Source: Escherichia coli (lineage in GTDB: Bacteria > Pseudomonadota > Gammaproteobacteria > Enterobacterales > Enterobacteriaceae). From it: DNA of 64,000 nucleotides. Both the position numbers and the translations under genes were made by a program. Location of the stretch: NCBI GenBank assembly GCA_025544715.1, contig GCA_025544715.1_4109.3. One strand, given 5' to 3'. The notes below the pieces were generated by a model. It worked only from the letters and a program-made list of their open reading frames with translations. It was not told where the DNA came from and did no database searches. Shown piece after piece: positions 26,278-35,879 of the stretch (its first letter is position 1; each line of letters opens with the position of its first letter).

Positions 26278-28974
26278 TTACCAGTTTATGGTTCCTGTTT
26301 GTGATGGTAGACCGTAGCTAACTGGGAACGATGAACCTGCTGATTCAAGTGAAGCACCAAATATATCTAAACGTGAACGTTTTTGTATATTAATTGTTTC
26401 GATTTGAATTGCATTAGTTTGAATTGTACCTATCCAAAAAATATTATATGCAGTTGTTCCTGTTTCAGAAATAACATCAGTAGTTATGTAATAGTTTGCC
26501 AATCCTTGGTCCAATTTAACATATACATAAAATGTTGTATTTGCTGGATTAGACTTAATAGTTCTCAAATCAATATTTGAAACTGGTAGTGAAAATGACT
26601 TACCTGAAAGAATAACTGGTGTTTCTTCTGTAAAATATACAATAAACCCTTGAGCAACGTCCTGTGATACTACGTTAATTGGGCTACCTTGTGCAGTCCA
26701 GTTATTATAGTCTGTAATCGTTGTCCCATATTTTTTGAATGTCATTTTATTTGAGTAATCCATTGGTTCAAAAATTCCAAAACCAATACCAGGTAACGCT
26801 GCTGGTTGACTTCCCTGTTCATAACTGGCATGAGAACCAGTAATTATAAAACTTGTAAATTGTGCAGTTGATTTAGTTACATATGCTCTAAATTGATGAG
26901 TTGCAGTATTACCTATTGTTGGATGTGATAATGGGTCAGAACCACCAATGAAGTAGAATGAACCTCCATCATATATTGTCAAACCAACAGAAGAAGATGC
27001 AATCGAACCATTTCCAGTTGGTGTAAAGTTATCACCATACGTATTCTCAAGTACTAAACGCTTGAATGTAATAGATGTAATATTACCAACTCTAGTATTG
27101 ACGTTAACTTCAGCAATTCTAATATAGTTTCTATAATCATTAGTAATTGTACTCAACATAACAAAAGCTGGAATGTCTGTTTGTTGTGGAACAAATAGTG
27201 TCATATCACGGTATGCTTGTGGTGATAAATTCCAATCACTTAGAACTTTAGCATATTCAGTATTTCTAAAATTGTCCAGTACTGATTGTGTAACACTTAT
27301 AATGCCTGTACCATTTAAGTTTTTATCATAGGATAATGATTGTGAATAACGTTGCCCAACCATAAAAATACCACCATTGGTTGTAACAGTTGACCCAGAA
27401 ATACTACTAATGAAAATTCTATTATTTGCATTATCATCAACGTTAGCACGTTCAACTGTAGGTTCATAACCTTGTATTGTTCCTAAAGATAATGATTTAA
27501 ATGTAAAATTAGGAGTACTTTTATGAACTGCATATGATGGTCTAAATCCACCACTACCTGATGCACGTGAATATTGTTTAGTACTGTTATCTGGTAGTAA
27601 TTCTACACCATTAATAAATGAACCAACCGCTGAACCAAAAGACGGGCGAACTATACCACCTTTGAAGTCAGTAGAAAGTACAGCACGCACATTCAGCATA
27701 CTATAAACTATTTGAATAGGAAACTTAGCTTTTTGCATAAGCAATGGTTCTGCTAAGTTTGGACATGCAGTACAAAATGCTTCACCTGAATTTAAATAAA
27801 AATATGAACTGTAAATATTCCTTGCATTTGCATGGTTATACAATGGATCGTTATTTAAAACGTTTCCAGTAGGAACTAATGCTGAACCGGTATCAGTAAT
27901 AACTAATGGTGCTTGGTATGAACCAATATCATTACCTGCATCTAATGTACATTGTTTAGTACTCATGTTGAATACAAAACTGTAACTATGTTGTGGTCGT
28001 GTATTATAAGTTGCCATTGTGAACCAAGCATCACCATTCATTCTAAAGCGGAAGTTCTGTGTACCTGGCTGCTGTGCAACACATAAATCGATTGATGTCA
28101 TGTAAATCCCAATACCACGTAGATTTTTTGGAACATACACATAAGGTTTATCAGCGATATTTGTTGATGTTACCTGATTAGTTATAACCATATTATTTTG
28201 TGCAGAATAAGTTGTGTTATAAAATGTTTTAGTAGTCCATCCAGTAACACGAGTTGCGGTATAAGTACCATTACTGATATTATAAACCACTTTAACTACA
28301 ACTAATTGTAATTGGTTATTTGCATTAAGTACGTTAAAAACATATATAGAACCATCTTCTGCCATCATAGCATATTCAATACCACCTTCAGGTGATATAT
28401 CTGCTTGGTTAACGAAAAAACCAGTATGCAATTTATCATCTAATGTACCATTAGTAATTGATATGAACAAACCATTAGTACTGTTAGAAGTGTCTACATA
28501 TCTACCGAGTAAAATATTTGGATCAGTATTGTATAAGCCAATTGCGACTCGATTAGAACCGAAAAAACCAGGCTTGTATTGACGACTGGTGTTAATTGTA
28601 CGGCTCATGTCATCAACTGATAATGCGTTAGCCAAATATGAATAAAATAATCCCTCAACACTACCGTTTGTTCCACTACGTAAAAGTACTAGTGTACCAT
28701 CGTTTTCTAATAAAATTTTATTTCTACGTTGGGTCTGGTTTTCGGATGCACCATTGAAATCTCCAGAAACACCAGCAGGTAGATAGTTTTGTGAACCATA
28801 ATGGGAGATTGGCATCATGCTTACTATATCTAGTACTTCATCTCTGGAATACGTGTCTAATTCCATGTTACCATTTGAATCAAACACTTGTTCATTTATT
28901 CCTTGAATTGTTCTTTTACCATTAACTGTCACATTATGTGTGACATCTAAGCCACCATATATTTTCTTTGACAT
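26278..28974 (-). CDS. tail fibre protein (898 aa)
   Basis: Paralog of 22933..25662 at both termini; preceded by TATAAATA late promoter. Confidence 0.6.
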   Translation of the reverse strand: MSKKIYGGLDVTHNVTVNGKRTIQGINEQVFDSNGNMELDTYSRDEVLDIVSMMPISHYGSQNYLPAGVSGDFNGASENQTQRRNKILLENDGTLVLLRSGTNGSVEGLFYSYLANALSVDDMSRTINTSRQYKPGFFGSNRVAIGLYNTDPNILLGRYVDTSNSTNGLFISITNGTLDDKLHTGFFVNQADISPEGGIEYAMMAEDGSIYVFNVLNANNQLQLVVVKVVYNISNGTYTATRVTGWTTKTFYNTTYSAQNNMVITNQVTSTNIADKPYVYVPKNLRGIGIYMTSIDLCVAQQPGTQNFRFRMNGDAWFTMATYNTRPQHSYSFVFNMSTKQCTLDAGNDIGSYQAPLVITDTGSALVPTGNVLNNDPLYNHANARNIYSSYFYLNSGEAFCTACPNLAEPLLMQKAKFPIQIVYSMLNVRAVLSTDFKGGIVRPSFGSAVGSFINGVELLPDNSTKQYSRASGSGGFRPSYAVHKSTPNFTFKSLSLGTIQGYEPTVERANVDDNANNRIFISSISGSTVTTNGGIFMVGQRYSQSLSYDKNLNGTGIISVTQSVLDNFRNTEYAKVLSDWNLSPQAYRDMTLFVPQQTDIPAFVMLSTITNDYRNYIRIAEVNVNTRVGNITSITFKRLVLENTYGDNFTPTGNGSIASSSVGLTIYDGGSFYFIGGSDPLSHPTIGNTATHQFRAYVTKSTAQFTSFIITGSHASYEQGSQPAALPGIGFGIFEPMDYSNKMTFKKYGTTITDYNNWTAQGSPINVVSQDVAQGFIVYFTEETPVILSGKSFSLPVSNIDLRTIKSNPANTTFYVYVKLDQGLANYYITTDVISETGTTAYNIFWIGTIQTNAIQIETINIQKRSRLDIFGASLESAGSSFPVSYGLPSQTGTINW

Positions 28975-29008
28975 TGTATATCCCTTATAAATTAGATATT
29001 AGTTAATG

Positions 29009-29016
29009 TATTTATA
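29009..29016 (-). promoter_or_regulatory. T4-type late promoter TATAAATA
   Basis: Exact TATAAATA on minus strand 35 nt upstream of the tail-fibre ATG at 28974, just after the nrdG terminator. Confidence 0.5.
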
Positions 29017-29024
29017 TACATAAC

Positions 29025-29045
29025 AAAAAAGCACCCAACGGGTGC
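29025..29045 (-). terminator. rho-independent terminator after nrdG
   Basis: gcaccc/gggtgc stem, 3-nt loop, T6 on minus strand. Confidence 0.55.
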
Positions 29046-29050
29046 TTATG

Positions 29051-29521
29051 TTAAAAATCTTTATTTTTATATAGTATTCTTTGATTATTTGAACCACGGA
29101 AAGGTAATTTTAAATTCTTTTCGGACTCGATAAACTTACCATCAACTAATACATCTAAGTACTGAAGTATATCTTTAGAATGATTTTTCATAATCTCATC
29201 TAAAGTATACCCACTCCAGCACCAAATAGTTTTACTAGGATAAGTTTCTTTAACTACTTTGCATAGATTTAAAACTTCATCTATATTCTTTTTCATTAAT
29301 GGATCGCCGCCTAGAAGTGATAAACCACTAACATATGGTTTTTTTAGTTCCTGTAGTATAATCTCAACTGTTTCAGTACTGAACTCTTGACCACTTCTGT
29401 AGTCCCATGCTTCTTCATTGAAGCAACCATCACATCCGTGCGAACACCCACTAACAAATAAAGAGCAGCGAACACCCTCTCCATTTACTAAATCATCCTT
29501 GATTATCGTCTGGTAATTCAT
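29051..29521 (-). CDS. nrdG: anaerobic ribonucleotide reductase activating protein
   Basis: Radical-SAM-like CSHGCDGC cluster; 156 aa; close to T4 NrdG in length and N-terminus. Confidence 0.85.
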   Translation of the reverse strand: MNYQTIIKDDLVNGEGVRCSLFVSGCSHGCDGCFNEEAWDYRSGQEFSTETVEIILQELKKPYVSGLSLLGGDPLMKKNIDEVLNLCKVVKETYPSKTIWCWSGYTLDEIMKNHSKDILQYLDVLVDGKFIESEKNLKLPFRGSNNQRILYKNKDF

Positions 29522-29825
29522 CTAATATTGCACTCACTATTTCGACAAGAACATCGCCGTGACATGATTTGGGTTTACAGAAACAACCAAGGCGTTTCCC
29601 TGCGAGTTCAAGTAATTCATCAATCTTAACTTCTCCACAAGAAATACGTTCAATAATGTATTCTCTGAATTTTTCAATTGATTCTTCTCTTGTACTAACA
29701 ATGAATTCGGCTTTGGTTTGTTTATCTTTAATATGGGTAAATGGGTTTCCCCATTTAGACCCACGCCCAATATACACATCATACGGTTCTTTGTATTTGT
29801 TAACCACAATTGGCTTTAAATCCAT
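29493..29825 (-). CDS. conserved hypothetical protein (110 aa)
   Basis: YIGRGSKWGNPF ... CFCKPKSCHGDVL motif pair; lies between nrdD and nrdG. Confidence 0.45.
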   Translation of the reverse strand: MDLKPIVVNKYKEPYDVYIGRGSKWGNPFTHIKDKQTKAEFIVSTREESIEKFREYIIERISCGEVKIDELLELAGKRLGCFCKPKSCHGDVLVEIVSAILDELPDDNQG

Positions 29826-29833
29826 AATTTACC

Positions 29834-31639
29834 TTATTTGTGCTGAATACGCTCACAACACTCTTGTTGTTTGCCTTTATTGAATCCACGCGAAGAAGGA
29901 TTACCCAAGTAACCAGAAACACGACGAATCACTGAGATTGTCTTCTCATTACGATTATCACATACCGGACAGTGGAAACCATGTTTATCTACACTGAACT
30001 CACCCTGGAAGCCACATTCATAACAATGGTCAACGGGTTGGTTAATACCAAAATATGGTATCTTCGTGTAAGCATAGTTAACTAATGTTTCAAGTGCTTG
30101 AATGTTGTTTGCTAAGTTTGGAGATTCAACATAACTGATGTTTCCACCGTTACTTAGGTAAGCAAAGCCTTCTTCATAACTCCATTTATCAAATGGAGAA
30201 CTTTCTACCCATACTGGTTGATGAAAGGAATTTGTGATGTAATCACGTTTTAGTACTGACGGATATTTTGCTTCAATACAACGTGCAAATTTATAACAAA
30301 GTGACTCTGCTGGAGTTCCATATAGACTAAAAGCTATATTACTCTCTTTTTTGAACTCATCACATTTTACTTTCATATAATTCAGTACTGACATACAAAA
30401 CTCCTTACTGATAGAACCAGTGAGGATTTCTGAACATTCAACAAGTCCAACATAACCAATACTAATACTAGCATAACCATTGTAAAATAGCTTGTCAATG
30501 GTTTCTTCTGCACCTAAACGTGCTAATGCACCTTCCATGAACAAAATTGGATTTTGCTTTGCTTTAGTGCCTTTTAAACGCTCTACGCGGTTCATCTGAG
30601 CACGATATGCAATATTCATATGCTCGTCTATCTTATCAAAAAACTCTCCGTCAGAAGCACTCTCAAGAGCAATTAGAGGTAAATTGATAGAAACCACACC
30701 TAAATTGAAACGACCGTTGTATTGTTCATTTCCATTAGAATCTTCCCATTTTCCTAAGAATGAACGACAGCCCATCGGTGTTACCGCAGTACTACTACTT
30801 CCAGTCACTTTGTGATTTAATGGTACGGAAACAAAGTCAGGGTAGATTCGTTTTGATGCACAACGCATAGCTAACTGTTTAAGGTCATAATTACTATCAT
30901 TGGTATTCATGTTTATACCATCTTGTAAAAAGAAAATTACTTTAGGAAACACTGGAGTAATCTTATCTTTACCTAAACCATTCTCATGAACTTTTAAGTA
31001 CTGTTCAGTGATTAATTTACCAAATTTAGAAGTGTTAAGACCTAAACTAAGAGAAATAAATGCAGCTTGACCATTAGTACTAATCATTGAATTAGTTTGG
31101 TAAAGTAATGTTTGGCAGCCATCGTATACTTCTTTTCGTAGTTCTTCTTCAATGAATTCATCACTTAGATTATATTTCTTTTGTTTTTCTAACAGCTTAT
31201 CCCATGACTTTTGAACGTAAGGTTCTAATCCGACATCAATGTGAGCCAAAGATTGACCACCATACTGGGAACTGGCAACAGCTTGGACAATTTGTGTCAG
31301 TACTGTACATGCTACACTAAAACTCTTTGGTTCTTCAATTTTAGCACAACCAATGGTGAATCCATTTTTTAGCATATCTGGGTAGTTAACTAAGCAACAG
31401 TTGGTTAATGGGCTGATATAGTAGTCTAAATCATGGATATGACCATAACCATCATTATGCCACTGCATTAGCTCATTTGGAATAACATCTTGTGAATAAT
31501 GCTTAGATAGGATACCTGCAAGTAAATCCCTGTGTGTATTGACGCATTTCGCATCTTTGTTCGCATTTTCGTTTGTAAGATCAGTATTGCTCTGATTGAG
31601 GAAATTCGTTACGTCAGTATATAATTTATCTAATTGCAT
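29834..31639 (-). CDS. nrdD: anaerobic ribonucleoside-triphosphate reductase (class III)
   Basis: Alignable along its length to T4 NrdD, including LTNENANKD, NCCLV, the C-terminal zinc ribbon CYECG...CPVCD and glycyl-radical tail RVSGYLG; start set to ATG with AAGGAA RBS (track 31702). Confidence 0.9.
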   Translation of the reverse strand: MQLDKLYTDVTNFLNQSNTDLTNENANKDAKCVNTHRDLLAGILSKHYSQDVIPNELMQWHNDGYGHIHDLDYYISPLTNCCLVNYPDMLKNGFTIGCAKIEEPKSFSVACTVLTQIVQAVASSQYGGQSLAHIDVGLEPYVQKSWDKLLEKQKKYNLSDEFIEEELRKEVYDGCQTLLYQTNSMISTNGQAAFISLSLGLNTSKFGKLITEQYLKVHENGLGKDKITPVFPKVIFFLQDGINMNTNDSNYDLKQLAMRCASKRIYPDFVSVPLNHKVTGSSSTAVTPMGCRSFLGKWEDSNGNEQYNGRFNLGVVSINLPLIALESASDGEFFDKIDEHMNIAYRAQMNRVERLKGTKAKQNPILFMEGALARLGAEETIDKLFYNGYASISIGYVGLVECSEILTGSISKEFCMSVLNYMKVKCDEFKKESNIAFSLYGTPAESLCYKFARCIEAKYPSVLKRDYITNSFHQPVWVESSPFDKWSYEEGFAYLSNGGNISYVESPNLANNIQALETLVNYAYTKIPYFGINQPVDHCYECGFQGEFSVDKHGFHCPVCDNRNEKTISVIRRVSGYLGNPSSRGFNKGKQQECCERIQHK

Positions 31640-31774
31640 TGTACATTCCTTGTATTTTGAAATCATCTGGGGGTGAAGATATTTAATATCACCAGACAAC
31701 ATTATAGCGTCAGAACAGGTTATTTCTCTTGACCTATATCAAGGAAAAGTCACATTGGTTTTTATTTGCACAAA

Positions 31775-31799
31775 TAGAAAAAGCACCACTAGGGTGCTT
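31775..31799 (-). terminator. rho-independent terminator upstream of nrdD
   Basis: aagcacc/ggtgctt stem followed by T-run on minus strand. Confidence 0.45.
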
Positions 31800-31901
31800 T
31801 AAAGTACTGCTAATATAACAACTGCCCAAATTAACAGTAATACATTGGTTGGGGCTGAAAAAATCATATATGCAGCAATTGCACTACAACCTATGACAAG
31901 T

Positions 31902-32087
31902 TTAGCTAGTCTCATCTGGACTCCATGTAATAGTCACTGTGAACGTCCCTTCCTGAAAACCAAACTCATCTTGTGGGATTTGTTCAGCTAATGGGTTAAA
32001 TCTTGAATCGAAGGCTTCATGTACGTCTCTTTGAATATCATAGAGACTTTCACCATCATATTCTTTTTTAAATATTACACTTCCCAT
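31902..32087 (-). CDS. hypothetical protein (61 aa)
   Basis: ORF. Confidence 0.4.
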   Translation of the reverse strand: MGSVIFKKEYDGESLYDIQRDVHEAFDSRFNPLAEQIPQDEFGFQEGTFTVTITWSPDETS

Positions 32088-32100
32088 AATATAACTCCTA

Positions 32101-32316
32101 CTACAAAACGTTACAGTAGAACTGAATGATGTAAGGAAATAAAGGATTATTTACGTATGTTGCAAAATTAGCTATTGTAACTTTTTTATAGTACGAGTTG
32201 TGAATTGTTATAATAGTGTGAGGATCTATTGATTCTCTATTAGAGAGTTCAACAAAACGCCCACACTTCATATAAGCCTTACCATAATAATCGTAAATTA
32301 TATCGTATTTTTCCAT
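32101..32316 (-). CDS. hypothetical protein (71 aa)
   Basis: ORF. Confidence 0.4.
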   Translation of the reverse strand: MEKYDIIYDYYGKAYMKCGRFVELSNRESIDPHTIITIHNSYYKKVTIANFATYVNNPLFPYIIQFYCNVL

Positions 32317-32721
32317 TTATTCAGGATCTTTGTTTTTATCAACTGTGTTGTTTTTATTCAAATCAATTTGTAAAGCCATTGCAGCTTCAGCATTTTCTTC
32401 ATGTGTGCCATTGAATTTATACCCATTCTTAATGAGATTCACTGTGTAGTACTTATTATAAAGAAATGCCCAAACGATCATCGCAATAGTACCTACAATC
32501 CAAAAAGACACTGCGTTTAGGATGAAGTAAATTACAAATGCACCAATGAACGTAATAAAGTCACCACGGAACAATGCAGGGAAAGGTCCAAAAAATAATG
32601 TAGTCCAAGAAAAACCAAAGAAACCATCTTTGCGTTGTCCTACATTTTCATTTTTTAAAGAAATTGTTTTAGCCATTTTTAATCTCCTACTTTTTATTTG
32701 GGTTTGGTATGCAGTACACAA
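32317..32721 (-). CDS. membrane protein (134 aa)
   Basis: Two or three hydrophobic helices. Confidence 0.45.
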   Translation of the reverse strand: MCTAYQTQIKSRRLKMAKTISLKNENVGQRKDGFFGFSWTTLFFGPFPALFRGDFITFIGAFVIYFILNAVSFWIVGTIAMIVWAFLYNKYYTVNLIKNGYKFNGTHEENAEAAMALQIDLNKNNTVDKNKDPE

Positions 32722-32908
32722 ATACTAAATGATTAAAATGTTCTGTATTCGCATACTTTGCTAAGTCGGTTATGATGAAGTTTGTATCTTTAAATCTGCC
32801 ATCATTGAATGTTGTGATTTGAAAACGTAGTTCAGGTGCAAAAATATAATAATAGAATATATCATTTACACACCCAACAGTATGTTTAGCATATCTTTCA
32901 ATTTTCAT
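32687..32908 (-). CDS. hypothetical small protein (73 aa)
   Basis: C-terminal EHFNHLVFVYC motif shared with ORF 2..220. Confidence 0.4.
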   Translation of the reverse strand: MKIERYAKHTVGCVNDIFYYYIFAPELRFQITTFNDGRFKDTNFIITDLAKYANTEHFNHLVFVYCIPNPNKK

Positions 32909-33273
32909 GTGTGGATGATCTCTTTTACCCCGTATTCATAGATTGCCAATGAGCAAATCTCACAAGGTTTTGCTGGAACTGGAATTCCATCTTTACTTAC
33001 ACGAGCAATCAGAAGAGTATGAACTTCAGCACGTGCAGCAAGTAAACATGAAATTTCAGCATGAAGAAACTCACCTTGTGGTCGCCCAGCACGAATTGCG
33101 AAACCCTTCTGTACTGGGTGAGTCTGTGTATAAGAATTTGTGCGAGTTGCTAGTACTCTACCTTTTTTATCAAGTGCACGAGCAATAACACGATACCGTT
33201 TGTAATTTCCTACTTGTTCAATAGGCGGCATCTGGCGTAATTCTTCGATTAGTTTCTCCAATTTACTATTCAT
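32905..33273 (-). CDS. cytidine/deoxycytidylate-deaminase-fold zinc deaminase (122 aa)
   Basis: HAEISCLLAA ... PCEICSLAI, the H(A/C)E and PCxxC zinc-ligand motifs. Confidence 0.55.
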   Translation of the reverse strand: MNSKLEKLIEELRQMPPIEQVGNYKRYRVIARALDKKGRVLATRTNSYTQTHPVQKGFAIRAGRPQGEFLHAEISCLLAARAEVHTLLIARVSKDGIPVPAKPCEICSLAIYEYGVKEIIHT

Positions 33274-33896
33274 AAGTCTAAGTCTATACCTTTTTCAATA
33301 GATTTCTCTAGAACCCAAAGTTTACATTCTTCACTCTCCAAATGTATCTTTGCCTCTTTCTGTTGTTCTATTGTACAAGACTTTATGAATTCACGCAAGG
33401 CTTCTATCGTATTTTTTAAATTTTTTATATCATCGATAATTTTTTCTTTGGTTTCTTCATCGATTACACATGAACTCCAACTGTGTCGTTCCTCCCAAAC
33501 AGTTTTAGTAGGATTATAAATTGATGGAGTAGATTTGAATGCATGGATCTTATTAAAGGTATCGTCCGCTTCTTGTTGGGTGTAATCACCATATGTTCTT
33601 AGCACATTTTTGTATAATTCATCAATGGCCTCTTCATACGTATCACCACCACAATCCAATTGATAATCATGTGCTTGTACCCATTCGTCGTCTTGCTCAA
33701 TATACATTGGTGAAAGAAATTCTACCCAAAATTGATTCTTTGTATTCAATGCTTTGAAATCTTCAATTCGATTTGTCATTGGACACACATCATGAGGTTC
33801 AATATCAATCCTAGCTGGAACCATATCTTTGTTTATGAATTTAGGATGACCCAAAATCCACCAGTACTTTTCCGATGTAGTCATAATAATCTCCAA
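33270..33896 (-). CDS. hypothetical protein (208 aa)
   Basis: ORF. Confidence 0.45.
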   Translation of the reverse strand: MEIIMTTSEKYWWILGHPKFINKDMVPARIDIEPHDVCPMTNRIEDFKALNTKNQFWVEFLSPMYIEQDDEWVQAHDYQLDCGGDTYEEAIDELYKNVLRTYGDYTQQEADDTFNKIHAFKSTPSIYNPTKTVWEERHSWSSCVIDEETKEKIIDDIKNLKNTIEALREFIKSCTIEQQKEAKIHLESEECKLWVLEKSIEKGIDLDL

Positions 33897-33930
33897 TTAA
33901 AAAGTACTGCCCGTGATGGCAGTACTGATG

Positions 33931-34290
33931 TTAAACGTAACGTTTCTTTTTATAATCATACCCTACTGCTTTGTAAAAGTCAAACAAAGAAGCATGTTCA
34001 AATGTAGGTAATAGATCATATGGGTGCTGATAGTTCGCAATACCAACAATAGCCATCATTGATTCAGCAGTTCTTACGTTCTCACTATCCCATTCATCTA
34101 AACGCCAAAGTGAGCAAAGTACCTCTCGTTCATGTTGCTTACCCAGAAAGAATCCAGCTTCACGGTCACGAAATGCACCTACACTGACAGTACTTTTGTA
34201 CCAGTCTTTTTCACCATATAATGGCATACGGATAATATGTTTTTCTTTAGCTTCTCCAAAGCGATGAAGAAATGCTACATAATCACTCAT
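33931..34290 (-). CDS. hypothetical protein (119 aa)
   Basis: ORF. Confidence 0.45.
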   Translation of the reverse strand: MSDYVAFLHRFGEAKEKHIIRMPLYGEKDWYKSTVSVGAFRDREAGFFLGKQHEREVLCSLWRLDEWDSENVRTAESMMAIVGIANYQHPYDLLPTFEHASLFDFYKAVGYDYKKKRYV

Positions 34291-34457
34291 AATTTATAAC
34301 CCATTACAGGTTTGTTATGATCCGGTTCGTAAGACTTTTCAGTACTGAACCCTCTGAAATTACCACGTCCTGGATTTGGACAAGCCATCCCTTGTATTGA
34401 ATGCTTACCCTTATCTTTGCCACAATTTTTACATTTGTAGCCAATTACTTCTTTCAT
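34287..34457 (-). CDS. small zinc-ribbon-like protein (56 aa), not in ORF track
   Basis: MKEVIGYKCKNCGKDKGKH...MACPNPG; ATGA stop/start overlap at both ends. Confidence 0.4.
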   Translation of the reverse strand: MKEVIGYKCKNCGKDKGKHSIQGMACPNPGRGNFRGFSTEKSYEPDHNKPVMGYKL

Positions 34458-34684
34458 TGTGCATCCTTCGGAACAGTATTAAGACGTTTGCGATTCACAA
34501 TCTTCCTGCACATGAGATTAAGATCTTGCCCATGACGCATAGTATGACATGCATATAGTGTTCCTTGATGATTTAGTTTTGTTAAACCTTGACGGATGAT
34601 TTCAGCATCCATCTCATCAACTTTAGGAGCACAGCCACTGAGAAATACAATAGAAGAAATAATAAAAATATATAATAATTTCAT
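34454..34684 (-). CDS. lipoprotein (76 aa)
   Basis: Signal peptide with lipobox LSGC. Confidence 0.5.
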   Translation of the reverse strand: MKLLYIFIISSIVFLSGCAPKVDEMDAEIIRQGLTKLNHQGTLYACHTMRHGQDLNLMCRKIVNRKRLNTVPKDAQ

Positions 34685-34687
34685 AAT

Positions 34688-34867
34688 TTAATCACCTATA
34701 CATAAGTACTCGATTGATGGTTTACCATTAACTAACACAATTCCAGTGTGAGTTAATACACAGTTGTCGGGAGCTTCTTCAAACACTGATACGTAAATGT
34801 ATGAACCATTACTAACTGAACAAGATAATACCATAATAACTGCGATTAGTACAAGTAAAATTTTCAT
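34688..34867 (-). CDS. small secreted protein or lipoprotein (59 aa), not in ORF track
   Basis: Signal-peptide-like MKILLVLIAVIMVLSC; ATGA overlap with upstream gene. Confidence 0.35.
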   Translation of the reverse strand: MKILLVLIAVIMVLSCSVSNGSYIYVSVFEEAPDNCVLTHTGIVLVNGKPSIEYLCIGD

Positions 34868-35523
34868 ATAAACCTACTTTTTGATTTATGTAATGCAATT
34901 TGTACTCGTGTAATGAACTCACGCTGTACTTCTTCAGCACTGTATCCTTCATATTGTGTCTTGAAAAGTTCCATTGCTTTTAGTGCCATCTGTACAGAAA
35001 TGTCTGTAATACTTTCTGTACTGGTGCTTTCAAATACGTTTTTGAGAGTTAGTTCACCATCACAAACATCATCAACTACAACTGGGGTATTGTTTTGTTC
35101 ATCAATGTAACGTAAAGCTTTGTACTCTGCTTTTGTTAGATTTTCATACCAACGTGGGTGGTGGAACAAATCATGCATTGTAACTTTTGCTGCTTCCATG
35201 AGAAGTAATAGCTCTTCATTTCTGCGAATATGTTTTTCTTCACCTTTATGATTTTTGTAAGTATATGCACAACGCATAATGGCTAATCGAACTTCACCTG
35301 CTTTGGTGATAGTGTATGAATGTATTGCATTATCATAATCACTTTCCCATTTCTGACCAGCATATTCGTACCAAAGTTCATTAGTTTCCCATTTAATGAA
35401 ATCAAATTCTAACAAACTGTCAATCAACTTAGCCAAATTACCACTGTACTCACGGCTAATGATATTGAAACCACCATTGTACTTTGCAAGGTACAGAATC
35501 TTTTCTTGAGTTACATTTTTCAT
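34864..35523 (-). CDS. hypothetical protein (219 aa)
   Basis: ORF. Confidence 0.45.
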   Translation of the reverse strand: MKNVTQEKILYLAKYNGGFNIISREYSGNLAKLIDSLLEFDFIKWETNELWYEYAGQKWESDYDNAIHSYTITKAGEVRLAIMRCAYTYKNHKGEEKHIRRNEELLLLMEAAKVTMHDLFHHPRWYENLTKAEYKALRYIDEQNNTPVVVDDVCDGELTLKNVFESTSTESITDISVQMALKAMELFKTQYEGYSAEEVQREFITRVQIALHKSKSRFI

Positions 35524-35861
35524 TACATGTAATCCTTGATGTATTTTAGCAGTTTAGATTTCTCTTCGGTACTTAATGATTTCTTGTTCATTAAATGTTT
35601 CATTTCTTGACGTTCAATTTCTTCACATCTTTTAGATTCAGCTTCAATTCGTGTATTATATTCTTCGTCAGTTTCTTCTCTGGTCCAAATTACATTGTAT
35701 CCATGAAAACCGCCATAACCACTGTCTGGTGAAAGACTAATGTGACCGTTATATTCAGCACGATACTTATTAAGAGTGTCAATAAAGGTATCAATGCCAC
35801 ACGGTTCAATTTCAATATAACCAATCACTACAGTAACGTCAATTTTGTTCATAAAGTTCAC
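35523..35861 (-). CDS. hypothetical protein (112 aa)
   Basis: ORF. Confidence 0.45.
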   Translation of the reverse strand: MNFMNKIDVTVVIGYIEIEPCGIDTFIDTLNKYRAEYNGHISLSPDSGYGGFHGYNVIWTREETDEEYNTRIEAESKRCEEIERQEMKHLMNKKSLSTEEKSKLLKYIKDYM

Positions 35862-35879
35862 CTATAAAATTAGGGAGCA

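Noticed and set aside
29834-31702. Group I intron or homing endonuclease inside nrdD, as in T4
   Set aside because: The nrdD reading frame is continuous and alignable to T4 NrdD end to end; no insertion seen.
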